DNA of 64,000 bases from Peptoniphilaceae bacterium (GTDB lineage: Bacteria; Bacillota; Clostridia; Tissierellales; Peptoniphilaceae), in NCBI GenBank assembly GCA_028726605.1, contig JAQYPV010000021.1:9609-73608 (forward strand), given 5' to 3'. How positions within the stretch are numbered: the first letter of the stretch is position 1; every line of letters begins with the position of its first letter. The translations under genes were made by a program, and so were the position numbers. This document shows, piece after piece, positions 29,617 to 39,549 of the stretch. The notes under the pieces are model-generated. The model was not told where the DNA came from. It was given only the letters and a program-made list of their open reading frames with translations, and made no database searches.

Positions 29617-29830
29617 AGCCGGGACTCTTTCGTTCAGCATCGCCACGACCGGGCCTCTGCTGAAGTTTGTTTTGACAGCTATGACTGACCCTCTTATTAC
29701 CATTCATTCTTCAAATCTGTTGAACGCAAGAGCACACACATCTTTCTTAATGAAGGTTCTTTACCCTTTATCCTTAATAAAAGACCGCCAAGTCAACTTC
29801 ACCTTTTGGAGCGCTATAGTGGAACGCAAT

Positions 29831-29852
29831 TCCGATTATCGATATAATCGGA
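29831..29852 (+). promoter_or_regulatory. Palindrome overlapping the putative -10 box of the IclR gene
   Basis: TCCGATTAT-CGAT-ATAATCGGA, containing TATAAT. Confidence 0.5.
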
Positions 29853-29934
29853 CAAGGCCAATGACAAGAGTCGATTTGCGTTCCATGACGCGTTCACGAA
29901 ACCGATTTGGCACACGACTACAAAAGGAGAAGAG

Positions 29935-30696
29935 ATGGAAGCCAAAAATCAATCTGTGATGAAGGCCTTTGAGATCATTGAACGATTGTCCGAGCATCCC
30001 AAAGGCCTTTCGCTTGCAGAACTAAGCGATTTACTACAGTCGAATAAGACCACGTTGTTGCGCTTTTTGTCAAGTTTGAGGGAGATGGGATATGTGGATC
30101 AGAAGCCGGATAAGACCTACCGGCTGACTCTGAAGCTGTATGCGCTTTCGAGTCGCGTGATGAACGAGCAGTCTCTCGTCCAAGTGGCTCGGCCCCATTT
30201 GAAGGCACTGGCGCATGAAATTGATGAAGTAGTGCACCTCGTAATTGAAGATGACCTCTACGTCATCTATGTGGACAAAGTGGAATCCGACCACCCCGTG
30301 ACGATGCGCTCCCGCATCGGCGCCCGTGCGCCGATGATCGTGACCGGCGTGGGCAAAGCGCTGATGGCCGAAAAAAGCGATGCCGAGATTCGCCACATCT
30401 GGGAAGCCTCACCGCATGAGAAGCGCACGCCACAGACCATCCTCACATTCGAGGCCTTCATGAAGCGCATGGAAGAGACGCGTCGTACTGGCATCGCCTA
30501 CGACCTCGAGGAGAACGAAGAAGACATCATGTGCACTGCTGCCGTCATCCACGGCGCGGGACACCAAGTGATGGCCGCGCTTTCCGTCACGGGGCCTACC
30601 TATCGCATGAAAGACAAGATGGGGCACGCGCTCGATGAACGGGTGCGCCAAACCGCTAGGGCCATTTCCCGAGATTTAGGCGACGTCCTCGAATAG
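29935..30696 (+). CDS. IclR family transcriptional regulator
   Basis: N-terminal HTH (NQSVMKAFEIIE..KTTLLRFL); TGVGKAL, DLEENE and AALSVTGP motifs. Confidence 0.93.
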   Translation: MEAKNQSVMKAFEIIERLSEHPKGLSLAELSDLLQSNKTTLLRFLSSLREMGYVDQKPDKTYRLTLKLYALSSRVMNEQSLVQVARPHLKALAHEIDEVVHLVIEDDLYVIYVDKVESDHPVTMRSRIGARAPMIVTGVGKALMAEKSDAEIRHIWEASPHEKRTPQTILTFEAFMKRMEETRRTGIAYDLEENEEDIMCTAAVIHGAGHQVMAALSVTGPTYRMKDKMGHALDERVRQTARAISRDLGDVLE

Positions 30697-30741
30697 CCTC
30701 GATTTGGAGACACTCGAGCGTTATGGGTCGTTATGGGTCTC

Positions 30742-31022
30742 GAAATTCATGGGATATCGCCAATATGCGATTTTCAACTGAAGGATTCATCGTTATTCAG
30801 GACAAATTTGTGATGGCTAGTTCACAAATCGACATTGCAACCACTCCGGCTGGACGTATCGTGTGGTTGAAAAATTGATTTCGGATTTAGCGACATAAAA
30901 TCGTCCTTAAAACGTCAGGGCAAAAGAGCGATTATCCATTTTCAACTGAAGCCCACATTGAGACGTCAAAGAAATGGCTCGAAAAACCGATTATATATTC
31001 TAAATAATTAATTCTTATACTA
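30742..31022 (-). repeat. Dispersed ~250-280 bp intergenic element, copy 2
   Basis: Reverse complement aligns by eye with 12765-13045 at roughly three-quarters identity. Confidence 0.8.
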
Positions 31023-31112
31023 TTTTACTCTCGTTGTTCCAACAGTGTCATTTTGCTTGACGCCCTTTGGGATGACATGATCGCTGACCGACGAAAAAAC
31101 ACCAAAAGGGGG

Positions 31113-31185
31113 TTGACAACCTCATTTTTGCTTTGTATCCTCATGTTAGTTTCATTAATAGAAATCACGTTCTGTTATTCGGAAT
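31113..31185 (+). promoter_or_regulatory. Promoter of dctP with downstream IclR-type operator(s)
   Basis: TTGACA-17 bp-TATCCT (31113-31141); imperfect palindromes TTTCATTAATAGAAA (31150-31164) and TTCTGTTATTCGGAA. Confidence 0.65.
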
Positions 31186-31352
31186 AACTTGACGAGCTTC
31201 CGACAGATTACCACGCAGACCATGCCGCTCGCCAAAGGGACGGGCGACGTCGTATCCCGATGTCCCCGCCTGTGACCCGGCGGAGCGACGCCAATGCGCA
31301 ACATCGCTCACGTCGCCCGCCTCAGAGGAAAACGTTTAGAAAAGGAGAACTG

Positions 31353-32084
31353 ATGAAACGCCAAAAAACCCTCGGCATCATTCTGGTGCTCGTCCTCATG
31401 CTCACCCTTACGGCTTGTGTCCGCCCGGGTGAAGCCGCCGGAGGACGTCGAATCATCCGCATTTCACACGGACAACCGGAAGCCCACCCCATTCATATCG
31501 CCTTAAACGGCATGAAAGAGGAAATCGAAAGTAAGCTCGGCGACAAGTACGAAGTGCAAATCTACGCCAACGGCCTCTTGGGCGATACGAAAAACGCCCT
31601 TGAGCTGACCCAGACGGGCGCCTTGGACTTCGTCGTCGGCAGCGCGTCCAACATGGAGACGTTCAACCCACTGTATTCCATCTTCTCCATGCCCTACCTC
31701 TTTGTGAACGAGGACGCCTACCACGAAGTGATGGCCAACGACGACATCACGGACAAAGTGTATCAATCCACTATAAATAGCGGCGTCCTCTCCGTCGGCT
31801 GGTTCGATGCCGGCACGCGCAACTTCTACGGCACCAAGCCGTTCAAAACCGTGGACGACCTAAAAGGCCTAAAAATCCGCGTCCAGCCGTCCCCGATGAA
31901 CGTCCAGATGATGCAAGCTTTCGACGCCGGCGCCGTGCCCATGGGATTCGGTGAAGTCTACACCGCACTCCAGAACGGCACCATCGATGCCGCCGAAAAC
32001 AACGAATTCGCCCTGACTTCAGTGAAACACGGCGAAGTGGAAGCGGCCGCCGGCACATCCGACTCCGTGCGCATCATCCGTTAA
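31353..32084 (+). pseudogene. dctP: TRAP transporter solute-binding lipoprotein DctP, C-terminally truncated; no dctQM
   Basis: Lipobox LTAC; DLKGLKIRV and GEVYTALQNGTIDAAEN motifs; homology ends after KHGEV at about 230 aa versus about 330 typical. Confidence 0.75.
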
Positions 32085-32183
32085 AGCCTGACCGCGCTTG
32101 GTCACGCGTGGCGATGCTGAGGCTCCCACGTCCATGGCTGATTCCCAGAATACGCCGCCCGCCGGATGCGGGCGTGCACCCAA

Positions 32184-32227
32184 GCAAAAAGGCTGCCCCT
32201 CCAAACGCGAAGGGGCAGCCTTTTTGC
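32184..32227. terminator. Bidirectional intrinsic terminator
   Basis: GCAAAAAGGCTGCCCCT...AGGGGCAGCCTTTTTGC. Confidence 0.85.
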
Positions 32228-32364
32228 ATGCGCGAGGGCCTTTCCCCGCACTCTGATCGTGTCGATTATTTTGTGAATTTCCCCGCAAAGGCGACGAACG
32301 CGTCCACGAAGGACTGCAAAAACTCCTGTGTTTCTTGCGCCACGGTTCTTTCAAACAAACGTCC

Positions 32365-32745
32365 TCAGGACGTGGCCTTCCGCTCCCGCGCGTCCCAGTA
32401 CGCCTGCTGTAACGCGCGCATCACGGCATCGCGATCCTCGTCGGACAACTCGCCCCCGCTGAACATGGCCCGCATCTCCGTCACGAGGCGCTCCGCCTCC
32501 GCACGACCGGCCTCCGGCGACGCAAACAGAGGCTCCTCCGTCGGCTCACTTTCCGCAATAAGCTCCGCTCGAGAGAGGCCAAACAGCGCAGCCAAACGGT
32601 CGTACGTCTCACGCTGCTTCGGGTAACTCGTGCCATTTTCATAACTCACGACGGTGCGCGTCGACACCCCCAACTGCTCGGCCAACTCTCTTTGCGTCCA
32701 TCTCTTTTGACGGCGATACAGACGCACTTTCTCCCCAAAGGTCAT
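32365..32745 (-). CDS. XRE/Cro-like HTH transcriptional regulator
   Basis: MTFGEKVRLYRRQKRWTQRELAEQLGVSTRTVVSYENG..P. Confidence 0.9.
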   Translation of the reverse strand: MTFGEKVRLYRRQKRWTQRELAEQLGVSTRTVVSYENGTSYPKQRETYDRLAALFGLSRAELIAESEPTEEPLFASPEAGRAEAERLVTEMRAMFSGGELSDEDRDAVMRALQQAYWDARERKATS

Positions 32746-32787
32746 CCCATCCTCCTTTTCCAGCATCCCCCTGCCAGAGCGTTTCAG

Positions 32788-32845
32788 AAAAGTGAAGAGA
32801 TTCTTCACTTTTATCTTGACAAAGTGAAGTTTATCTTCGTATAAT
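32788..32845 (+). promoter_or_regulatory. dinB promoter with two GTGAAG-N5-CTTC(AC) operators
   Basis: AAAAGTGAAG-AGATT-CTTCACTTTT (32788-32812); TTGACA-18 bp-TATAAT (32816-32845) with AAAGTGAAG-TTTAT-CTTCG in the spacer. Confidence 0.8.
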
Positions 32846-32912
32846 CTTCCTAAACACGCAACTTATCTTCCTCTATTTTCAACGAAGAGGCGCGCACTGT
32901 CAAGGAGAACCC

Positions 32913-34184
32913 ATGAGACGCCAAATCCTGCATGTCGACATGAACCACTTCTACGCCTCCGTAGAACAGGCCTACAATCCGGCGCTGCGGGGCATCCCCA
33001 TGGCCGTCACCGGTAAGGCCTCCGAACGGCACGGCATCATCCTGGCCAAATCGCCGGAAGCCAAAGCCATGGGCGTCAAAACCAGTGAAGTCATTTGGCA
33101 GGCCCGACAGAAGTGCCCCAACCTCGTGCTCGTGGACGCGCACTTCGAACGCTACCACACCTTCTCCCGCTTGGCGCAGGGGATCTACCTCCAATACACC
33201 GACCGCGTCGAACCCTACGGCATGGACGAATGTTGGCTCGACGTCACCGGTTCCACGCGCCTGTTTGGCGATGCTGAACGCATCGCCACGGACCTCCGCC
33301 GGCGCATTAAAAAGGAACTGGGCGTCACGGTCTCCATCGGCATCAGCGACAACAAGATCTTCGCCAAATTGGGGAGCGACTACAAAAAGCCGGATGCCCA
33401 GACGCTCATGACGAGAGACAACATGGTCGAACGCGTCTGGCCACTTCCCGCCAGCGACCTGCTCTTCGTGGGCCCACACACGCGGCAAGCTCTGACTCAT
33501 TTTGGCATCCACACCATCGGAGAGATCGCCCAAAGTGATCCGGACTTGCTGCACCACCGCTTTGGCATCAACGGCTACTACCTCTGGCGCGCTGCAAACG
33601 GCCTCGATGCCACGCCCGTCGCCCGATACGGCGAGAAACCGCCCCCGCAGTCCATCAGCTGCGGCACGACGTTTACGCAAGACCTCAAGACGCGCGATGA
33701 AGTGGAACTCTGTCTCCTGCGCCTGGCCGAGACCGTCGAACAGCGCCTCATCGGCGAGCACTTCGCCGCCACACACCTCTCTTTGTCGTTACGGGATCGC
33801 AACCTCGAGTACACTGGCGGCGAAGTGCACTTGGACTACCCCACTACCAACGCCACGTCCCTTTTAGGCCCGGCGATGCTGATCGCCGACCGCTACCGCG
33901 ATCCCAATACGCCGCTGCGCGCCATGACCCTCTCGGCCACCCACCTCGTCCCGGCAGAACAAGCCGTTCAAAGCGCCGTGTTTTCGGACATCATGCGCTT
34001 TGATAAGCGCGAAAAAGTGAGCCGCACCATGCACTCCCTTCGCCACCGATTTGGCGACAAGGCGGCGGAGCGCGCGTCCCTTGCGACGTTTTCTTTGGCG
34101 CATTTGGACGCCGCGCGAGCGACGATGCCCGTCAATTTGTTTGCCACACTGGGGCGCATGAAAGAGAGAGATATGGTAGGATAA
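32913..34184 (+). CDS. dinB: Y-family DNA polymerase IV
   Basis: ILHVDMNHFYASVE, YGMDECWLD and KIFAKLGSDYKKP motifs. Confidence 0.94.
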   Translation: MRRQILHVDMNHFYASVEQAYNPALRGIPMAVTGKASERHGIILAKSPEAKAMGVKTSEVIWQARQKCPNLVLVDAHFERYHTFSRLAQGIYLQYTDRVEPYGMDECWLDVTGSTRLFGDAERIATDLRRRIKKELGVTVSIGISDNKIFAKLGSDYKKPDAQTLMTRDNMVERVWPLPASDLLFVGPHTRQALTHFGIHTIGEIAQSDPDLLHHRFGINGYYLWRAANGLDATPVARYGEKPPPQSISCGTTFTQDLKTRDEVELCLLRLAETVEQRLIGEHFAATHLSLSLRDRNLEYTGGEVHLDYPTTNATSLLGPAMLIADRYRDPNTPLRAMTLSATHLVPAEQAVQSAVFSDIMRFDKREKVSRTMHSLRHRFGDKAAERASLATFSLAHLDAARATMPVNLFATLGRMKERDMVG

Positions 34185-34226
34185 GCGAGGAAAAGAGAAA
34201 GGTTGAGAGAAGAAAGGAAGGCCCCT

Positions 34227-35147
34227 GTGATTTACACCGTCACCATGAATCCGTCCGTCGACTTCATTTCAAGGCTCGAAGAAGTGCGCGCCGGACGATC
34301 CAATTACTCCAAAGAAGATGACATGTTCGCCGGCGGCCGCGCGCTAAATGTGTCGCGTATTCTCAAAACGTTGGACGTGCCGACCACCGCAACGGGGTTC
34401 GTCGGCGGCCACACGGGCGCCTTTATTGAAGAAGCGCTGGATCAAGAAGGCATCTTGCACGACTTCATCCACACGCAAAACAGCACGCGCCTGAACCTCT
34501 CGCTCTTTGTGAATCACATCGAAACTCGCATCTTGGGACGAGGCGCTGACGTGTCCCTCGAAGAAGTGAATCAGCTCATGTACTACCTTTCGCGCGTGCG
34601 CGAAGGCGATTTTCTCGTCATCGCCGGTTCGCTGCCGCCCAATCTGTCCTCGGAAGTCTACCAGCGCATGGTGGAGATTTCCGTCGTCAACGGCGCGTCC
34701 TTCTTGCCAGCCATCCGCGCCGAAGACCTGGCGCCTCTGATCGAAAAGAAGCCCCTGTTGATCACGCCCACCTTGGAGGACTTGCAGGTCCTGTCCGGAA
34801 CTGACGTGAAGACAAAAGAGGAAGCCGCGGCCGCTGGCGTCGAGCTCGTGGAACGTGGCGCGAAAAACGTCATCGTCAACATGGAACGCGAGGGTTCTCT
34901 CTTCATCAACGAAGCGAAAGACGTCTTTGAAGCGAACGGCCCCCAAGCGGCCATCTTGTCGCAGACCTACACCAATATGTCTCTGATCGCCGGCTTCATC
35001 GGCCACTACATGCGCACTAGCGACCCGCAGGAGTCGTTCCGCGCCGCCCAAGCGGCAGCCAACGCCGCGTACTACGTGGAGGCCTTGCCGACGCGAGAAC
35101 AGGTGTACGCCGAATTCGAGAACGTGCACATTCTACCTTACGCCTGA
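34227..35147 (+). CDS. PfkB/1-phosphofructokinase-like protein with degenerate catalytic motifs
   Basis: IYTVTMNPSVD, GFVGG and AGSLP are present; GAGD is replaced by YTNM and KPNxxE by TPTLED. Confidence 0.8.
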   Translation: MIYTVTMNPSVDFISRLEEVRAGRSNYSKEDDMFAGGRALNVSRILKTLDVPTTATGFVGGHTGAFIEEALDQEGILHDFIHTQNSTRLNLSLFVNHIETRILGRGADVSLEEVNQLMYYLSRVREGDFLVIAGSLPPNLSSEVYQRMVEISVVNGASFLPAIRAEDLAPLIEKKPLLITPTLEDLQVLSGTDVKTKEEAAAAGVELVERGAKNVIVNMEREGSLFINEAKDVFEANGPQAAILSQTYTNMSLIAGFIGHYMRTSDPQESFRAAQAAANAAYYVEALPTREQVYAEFENVHILPYA

Positions 35148-35383
35148 GCGTCTGGCGGCGCCTCCCAATCCGGCGCATTCACCACGGCTACAAAGCGTCC
35201 GTCGGCTTGGCGGATGCGCCGCAGGCGTTTTTGAAACTCCGGCCGCTTCATCCAGAGCTCCTGACCGCAGCCGGAGCAGATGAGGCGGTAGTCGATGCCC
35301 GTGCGCTTGACGGTCCACTCGTTGGTTCCGCACGCATGCGGCTTTTTCAGTTGCACCACGCTGCCCACTCCCACTTTGGCCAT
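35138..35383 (-). CDS. DUF951 domain protein
   Basis: LKKPHACGTNEW..RTGIDYRLICSGCG. Confidence 0.9.
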   Translation of the reverse strand: MAKVGVGSVVQLKKPHACGTNEWTVKRTGIDYRLICSGCGQELWMKRPEFQKRLRRIRQADGRFVAVVNAPDWEAPPDAQA

Positions 35384-35439
35384 GGGATTCTCCTTTCGGG
35401 TACAGTAACGCCCCTCTATCGTCGACGAGGGGCTTCCTT

Positions 35440-35477
35440 TTATTCTGGCTGCTCCGGCTTATTCTGGCTGCTCCGGC
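35440..35477. repeat. 19-bp direct duplication of the mscS 3' end including its stop codon
   Basis: TTATTCTGGCTGCTCCGGC x2. Confidence 0.85.
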
Positions 35478-36295
35478 CGTTCCGGAACGAGGGGCGCGTC
35501 ATACGCGCCGATGGCCTGCAACTCTTCGATCATGATCTCACGCATCCGGCGCGGCGCCGTGAAGAAGTCGTCCATTTGGGTCTGCGCGCCAATCGTCACC
35601 GTATAGCTGAACGGATGCATGGCGTCGACGCCTATCCAGTACGGCAAGCGCACAAAGTGATCGCCCGCCTCTGCTTCGAGGCGCACGGCCATGTCCTGCA
35701 CCAGCCCCTTTGCCTGTTCAATGGAAATGCCGTAGGGGATGTCGATGGAGATATCCGCTTGCAGCGGCCCGTGGCCGTAGTTCGCGATGACTTTCACTTC
35801 GGCGTTGGGGATGATGTAGAGCATCCCGGTGTAGCCCCGCACCACCACCTGGCGCAGGCGCAGTTCCTTCACCTCTCCCGTAATCGTATTTTGCAACGTC
35901 ACGTAATCACCCACATTGATGGTGTTGTCAAAGAGCAAGAGCGCGCCGCTGATGATGTCGCTCACCACGCGCTGTGCGCCCAGCGCCACGGCAATTCCGC
36001 CAATCCCGGCCGCCGTCAAGAGCGACGCCGTATTGATGCCGAAGATGCTCAAGATGGCGCTGAGGGCAAAGAACCACACCACCACGCGCACGACGTTGAC
36101 GATGAGCGAATGATAGGTGCGCACGCGCTGGACTTCTCCCAACACGGGACGCCGTGCGCTCATCCGGTCGATCAGGCGGTCGATCCCCTTTAAGAGGAAA
36201 AGGGCCAGTATGAGCACGACGACCACCAAGACCATCTGAATTAAAAAAGACGGAAGTCCCAAGGACGCGGCCACTGTCTTTGCCAAATTCTGCAT
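35459..36295 (-). CDS. MscS family mechanosensitive channel
   Basis: AGIGGIAVALGAQ..DIISG, VGDYV and IIPN motifs. Confidence 0.92.
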   Translation of the reverse strand: MQNLAKTVAASLGLPSFLIQMVLVVVVLILALFLLKGIDRLIDRMSARRPVLGEVQRVRTYHSLIVNVVRVVVWFFALSAILSIFGINTASLLTAAGIGGIAVALGAQRVVSDIISGALLLFDNTINVGDYVTLQNTITGEVKELRLRQVVVRGYTGMLYIIPNAEVKVIANYGHGPLQADISIDIPYGISIEQAKGLVQDMAVRLEAEAGDHFVRLPYWIGVDAMHPFSYTVTIGAQTQMDDFFTAPRRMREIMIEELQAIGAYDAPLVPERPEQPE

Positions 36296-36416
36296 CGTTC
36301 CTCTTTTCTGTCTTTTGCATTGAAATGCGCTCTGTCGTGGCATCGCCGCACCCGCTCATTCAGCGAATATGGCCGCCTCGCCGGAGGGAGAAGCGCTGCC
36401 TCGTCTCCAACCCCGC

Positions 36417-37583
36417 TCATTTCACGGGCACGACCTCCTCGCGGTAGATGAGAAGGGGTGCACCCCTTTCCGGTTCCACCTTCCGGACGAATTCACCCGT
36501 CTCTCGCTTTTCTTCGTTGCCACCGCTCAGGACAAGTGCGTGGGAGGCGCCCGCCACCACGAGGCTCGTTTCCCCCGCGGCGACGGCCTTGGGCTCAAAA
36601 TCCAAGGGGCGACGCTCCCGCTCCTGTCCCGCTGCATCGTAGCGCACGAGAGCATCGCGCGTGACCACGGCGCAGCCGTCACTCTCTCGGGCGATGTCGA
36701 CTACGTCCTGCCCCGGCAGCACTTTCGTCAGCACGCCGCTTTGGATGAAGTAGAGGGCTGTTTCACTTGCCGCAACAAAGCTGTCCGCCCCCGTGGACAA
36801 AAGCGTCGTCACGGGGCGCGTCACCGGCGTGCGAAACGCCGGCATCCGTCCCACCTGCGCTGCGGGAAGGGCCGAGAGCGCCGGATCCCGTTCGGCGTCC
36901 TCCGCGCTCTGTGCCGCCGGCACGGCCGACACATCCCAAGGCGTCGCCGAGAGGATGGTGCGCGTCGGCGTCTCCGCAATCAAGAGAGGCGAGAGGTCTA
37001 CAAGCGTCGATCGCGCGCCGTCGATCTGGACGCCGGGGACATCGCCTTCTTCCGTCCAGGCGCGCCACGATTCGCCCGCCGCAAAGGCCCCCGGCGCGCC
37101 CTGCGTCACTTGCACGAAGTCGACGGCTCCGGTTTTTTCATCGATGCACAAGAAGCGGTCCGCCTTTTGGGCGACAAGGGTCCCCTCGCGTTCTCCCGTA
37201 GGAGGCAACACGCGCAGCGCGGTGTATCCCGTGTGCTCTTTTGTCCACAGAAGTGAGCCGTCTTTAGCTTGGAGCGCCGAAAGTGCGTCATTTTCCAAGA
37301 TGAAGACATGGGCGCCGTAGGCAATTTGGGCCTGTGGCGTGAGGTCTTGCTTCCACCGCATCCCGTTTTGATCAAAGGCCGACAGCGTGTTGCCATCGCG
37401 AAAATAGACGTAGCCGTCGATGGCGCCGGCATCGGTCCACGTGTCGGACCAGGGAAGGGCAAAGGTTTCCTCCGGACGGGACCGATTGAGGCGCAAGAGG
37501 CCCACCACAATAAGCCCCACTACGAGCGTCGCGAGGAGCGCGAAGATGAACGAATTTCGCTTCGAACCTTGATTCTCCGCCAT
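36417..37583 (-). CDS. Membrane-anchored PQQ-like beta-propeller protein
   Basis: One N-terminal TM helix; repeated beta-propeller-like segments (LSAFDQNG.RW, ALQAKDGSLLW); AGGAGG RBS. Confidence 0.65.
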   Translation of the reverse strand: MAENQGSKRNSFIFALLATLVVGLIVVGLLRLNRSRPEETFALPWSDTWTDAGAIDGYVYFRDGNTLSAFDQNGMRWKQDLTPQAQIAYGAHVFILENDALSALQAKDGSLLWTKEHTGYTALRVLPPTGEREGTLVAQKADRFLCIDEKTGAVDFVQVTQGAPGAFAAGESWRAWTEEGDVPGVQIDGARSTLVDLSPLLIAETPTRTILSATPWDVSAVPAAQSAEDAERDPALSALPAAQVGRMPAFRTPVTRPVTTLLSTGADSFVAASETALYFIQSGVLTKVLPGQDVVDIARESDGCAVVTRDALVRYDAAGQERERRPLDFEPKAVAAGETSLVVAGASHALVLSGGNEEKRETGEFVRKVEPERGAPLLIYREEVVPVK

Positions 37584-37599
37584 TTTCCCTCCTATGTTC

Positions 37600-37637
37600 A
37601 AAAACGGCACCCACTCGAAGAGCGGATGCCGTTTTTT
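37600..37637 (-). terminator. Hairpin terminator downstream of the corC-like gene
   Basis: AAAAACGGCA...TGCCGTTTTTT. Confidence 0.55.
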
Positions 37638-37707
37638 CTATGGCAGCTGATAGGGGTACGACTTGTACCACAACTAGTATACCTTCTCAGCGCCGATTTT
37701 TCAACCT

Positions 37708-39084
37708 TTATTTCACACCGTCTCGCTCTTCTTGACGACGTTTCCACGCTTCAGCATCGTATTCAATGCGCACGGAATTGATGCGTTTGTTGGAAATCTC
37801 CTCGATTTTAAAGCGCATGCCCTGATATTCGATGAACGGATGCTCGCCGTCTTCCGGAATGCGCCCCATCAAAAAGTAGAGCAGACCGCCCAAGGTGTCG
37901 TAATCTTCGGTCTCTTCGTCGAATTCGGATTCGGTGTTGACGTTGAGTTCCTTAATGGACAGCGTCCCCTTCGCGAGATAGGTGTTGCGGGAAAGCTTTT
38001 CGATCTCCGGCTCGTCTTCGTCGTATTCGTCATCGATGTCGCCCACAATTTCTTCCAGCAAGTCCTCCATGGTCACGATGCCGGAGAAGCCGCCGTACTC
38101 GTCGATCAGAATGGACATGTGCCAGTTCTCATCCCGCATCTCGTTGAAGAGCTCGTTTACGTTCTTGCGCTCCGGCACGAAGTAAGCCGGGCGCATGATC
38201 TTGCGGATCTGGACGTTCTCAAACCCTTCGCTGTAGGCTTCTTGCAGGTAATCCTTGATGTAGAGCACGCCGATGATGTTGTCGATCTCGTCGTCGTACA
38301 CCGGAATGCGCGAATAGCGCACCGAAAGGAGTTCGTCGATGTACTCCGTGTACGGGTCGTTGACGTCAATGGCAAACACTTCGGTGCGCGGCGTCATGAT
38401 CTCCTCGGCCGATTTGTCGTCGAACGTGATGATGGAGTTGATCATTTCGCTCTCGTCTTTGTTGATGAGGCCCTGACTCTGGCCCACCTGCACGATGGAC
38501 TTGATGTCGGACAGCGTCACTTTTTCTTCCATGGCGTCAATCTCCACACCCAACAGGTGCAGCACCCCATTCGTGCAAAACGAGAGGAAATTCACAAACG
38601 GTTTTAAGAGTTTGGACGCCCACCACAGAAAGTTGATGGCGCCGTTGGCAAAGCCCTCGGCGTTCTGAAGCGCCAGTCGTTTGGGCACGAGTTCGCCAAA
38701 GATGATGGTGAAGAGCGACAGCAAAATGGTGATGAGGATGGTGGCTATGCTCACCGCACTGGGCACCCCAACGGCGGCCAGTTTTCCACCCACATAGGTC
38801 GCCAAACCCGTCGCCGCATTGGCGGAGTTGAAGAACCCTGCCAGCGTGATGCAGACCTGAATCATGGATAGGAAGTGTGAGGGGTCTTCTAGCAGAGCCA
38901 GAATGCGCCTGGCTTTAACATCGCCCTCCGCTTCGCGTTCGCGCAAGCGGTTGGCATCTACGGAGACCAATGCCATCTCCGATGCCGCAAAAAACGCATT
39001 CACAAAGATTAAAATGGCAATAACCATCAACTGAAATAATATGCCCGTACTCCCGGCCCCCGGGTCGGTTACGCCTTGGTCCAT
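37708..39084 (-). CDS. HlyC/CorC (CNNM) family transporter with CBS domains
   Basis: NAFFAASEMA, GELVPK, YSRIPV and DEYGG..GIVTMEDLLEEIVG motifs. Confidence 0.94.
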   Translation of the reverse strand: MDQGVTDPGAGSTGILFQLMVIAILIFVNAFFAASEMALVSVDANRLREREAEGDVKARRILALLEDPSHFLSMIQVCITLAGFFNSANAATGLATYVGGKLAAVGVPSAVSIATILITILLSLFTIIFGELVPKRLALQNAEGFANGAINFLWWASKLLKPFVNFLSFCTNGVLHLLGVEIDAMEEKVTLSDIKSIVQVGQSQGLINKDESEMINSIITFDDKSAEEIMTPRTEVFAIDVNDPYTEYIDELLSVRYSRIPVYDDEIDNIIGVLYIKDYLQEAYSEGFENVQIRKIMRPAYFVPERKNVNELFNEMRDENWHMSILIDEYGGFSGIVTMEDLLEEIVGDIDDEYDEDEPEIEKLSRNTYLAKGTLSIKELNVNTESEFDEETEDYDTLGGLLYFLMGRIPEDGEHPFIEYQGMRFKIEEISNKRINSVRIEYDAEAWKRRQEERDGVK

Positions 39085-39189
39085 TCATTCCTCCTCTATC
39101 GGACGCGATTGTATTCAAAGAGACACGCCTATCTTACCACAAATGGCCCGCCGCGTCTCAGATGAGAGGATGGACACCCGAGATTTGCA

Positions 39190-39385
39190 GGTAGAGGCAA
39201 GACCACGGCCATCACGGCTACGTTCACGATGATGGCGCCGATGGCGCCAAAGAACAGGATGGCAAAACTGACATTGGAGAAGCACGCGCTCACCCAATAG
39301 CCCCAAGCGGAGTTGAAGTCGATGTAATCGCCGAAGCCGGCGGACGCGTAGATGCCGCCGGTCAGATCGGGCCGCGCTTGCGAAA
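39190..39385 (-). pseudogene. Fragment of an ArcD-like APC amino-acid antiporter
   Basis: RPDLTGGIY(AS)[19 protein letters not shown] matches the ArcD/LysI loop-TM3 motif; only about 60 aa remain. Confidence 0.7.
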
Positions 39386-39549
39386 GGCCGCGCCGGGGTT
39401 CGTGATGATGGCCGGATCCTCCACGAAGACGCTGTAGCAGCCGTATCAACGACGGCCGTAGGGGGACATTCGAAATTTAATAAAAAAGCCGGCACATCCC
39501 GTCGTGGCAAATTTCATTTTTGGGCAAAGCCGTCTAGCATCGGAAAAAT

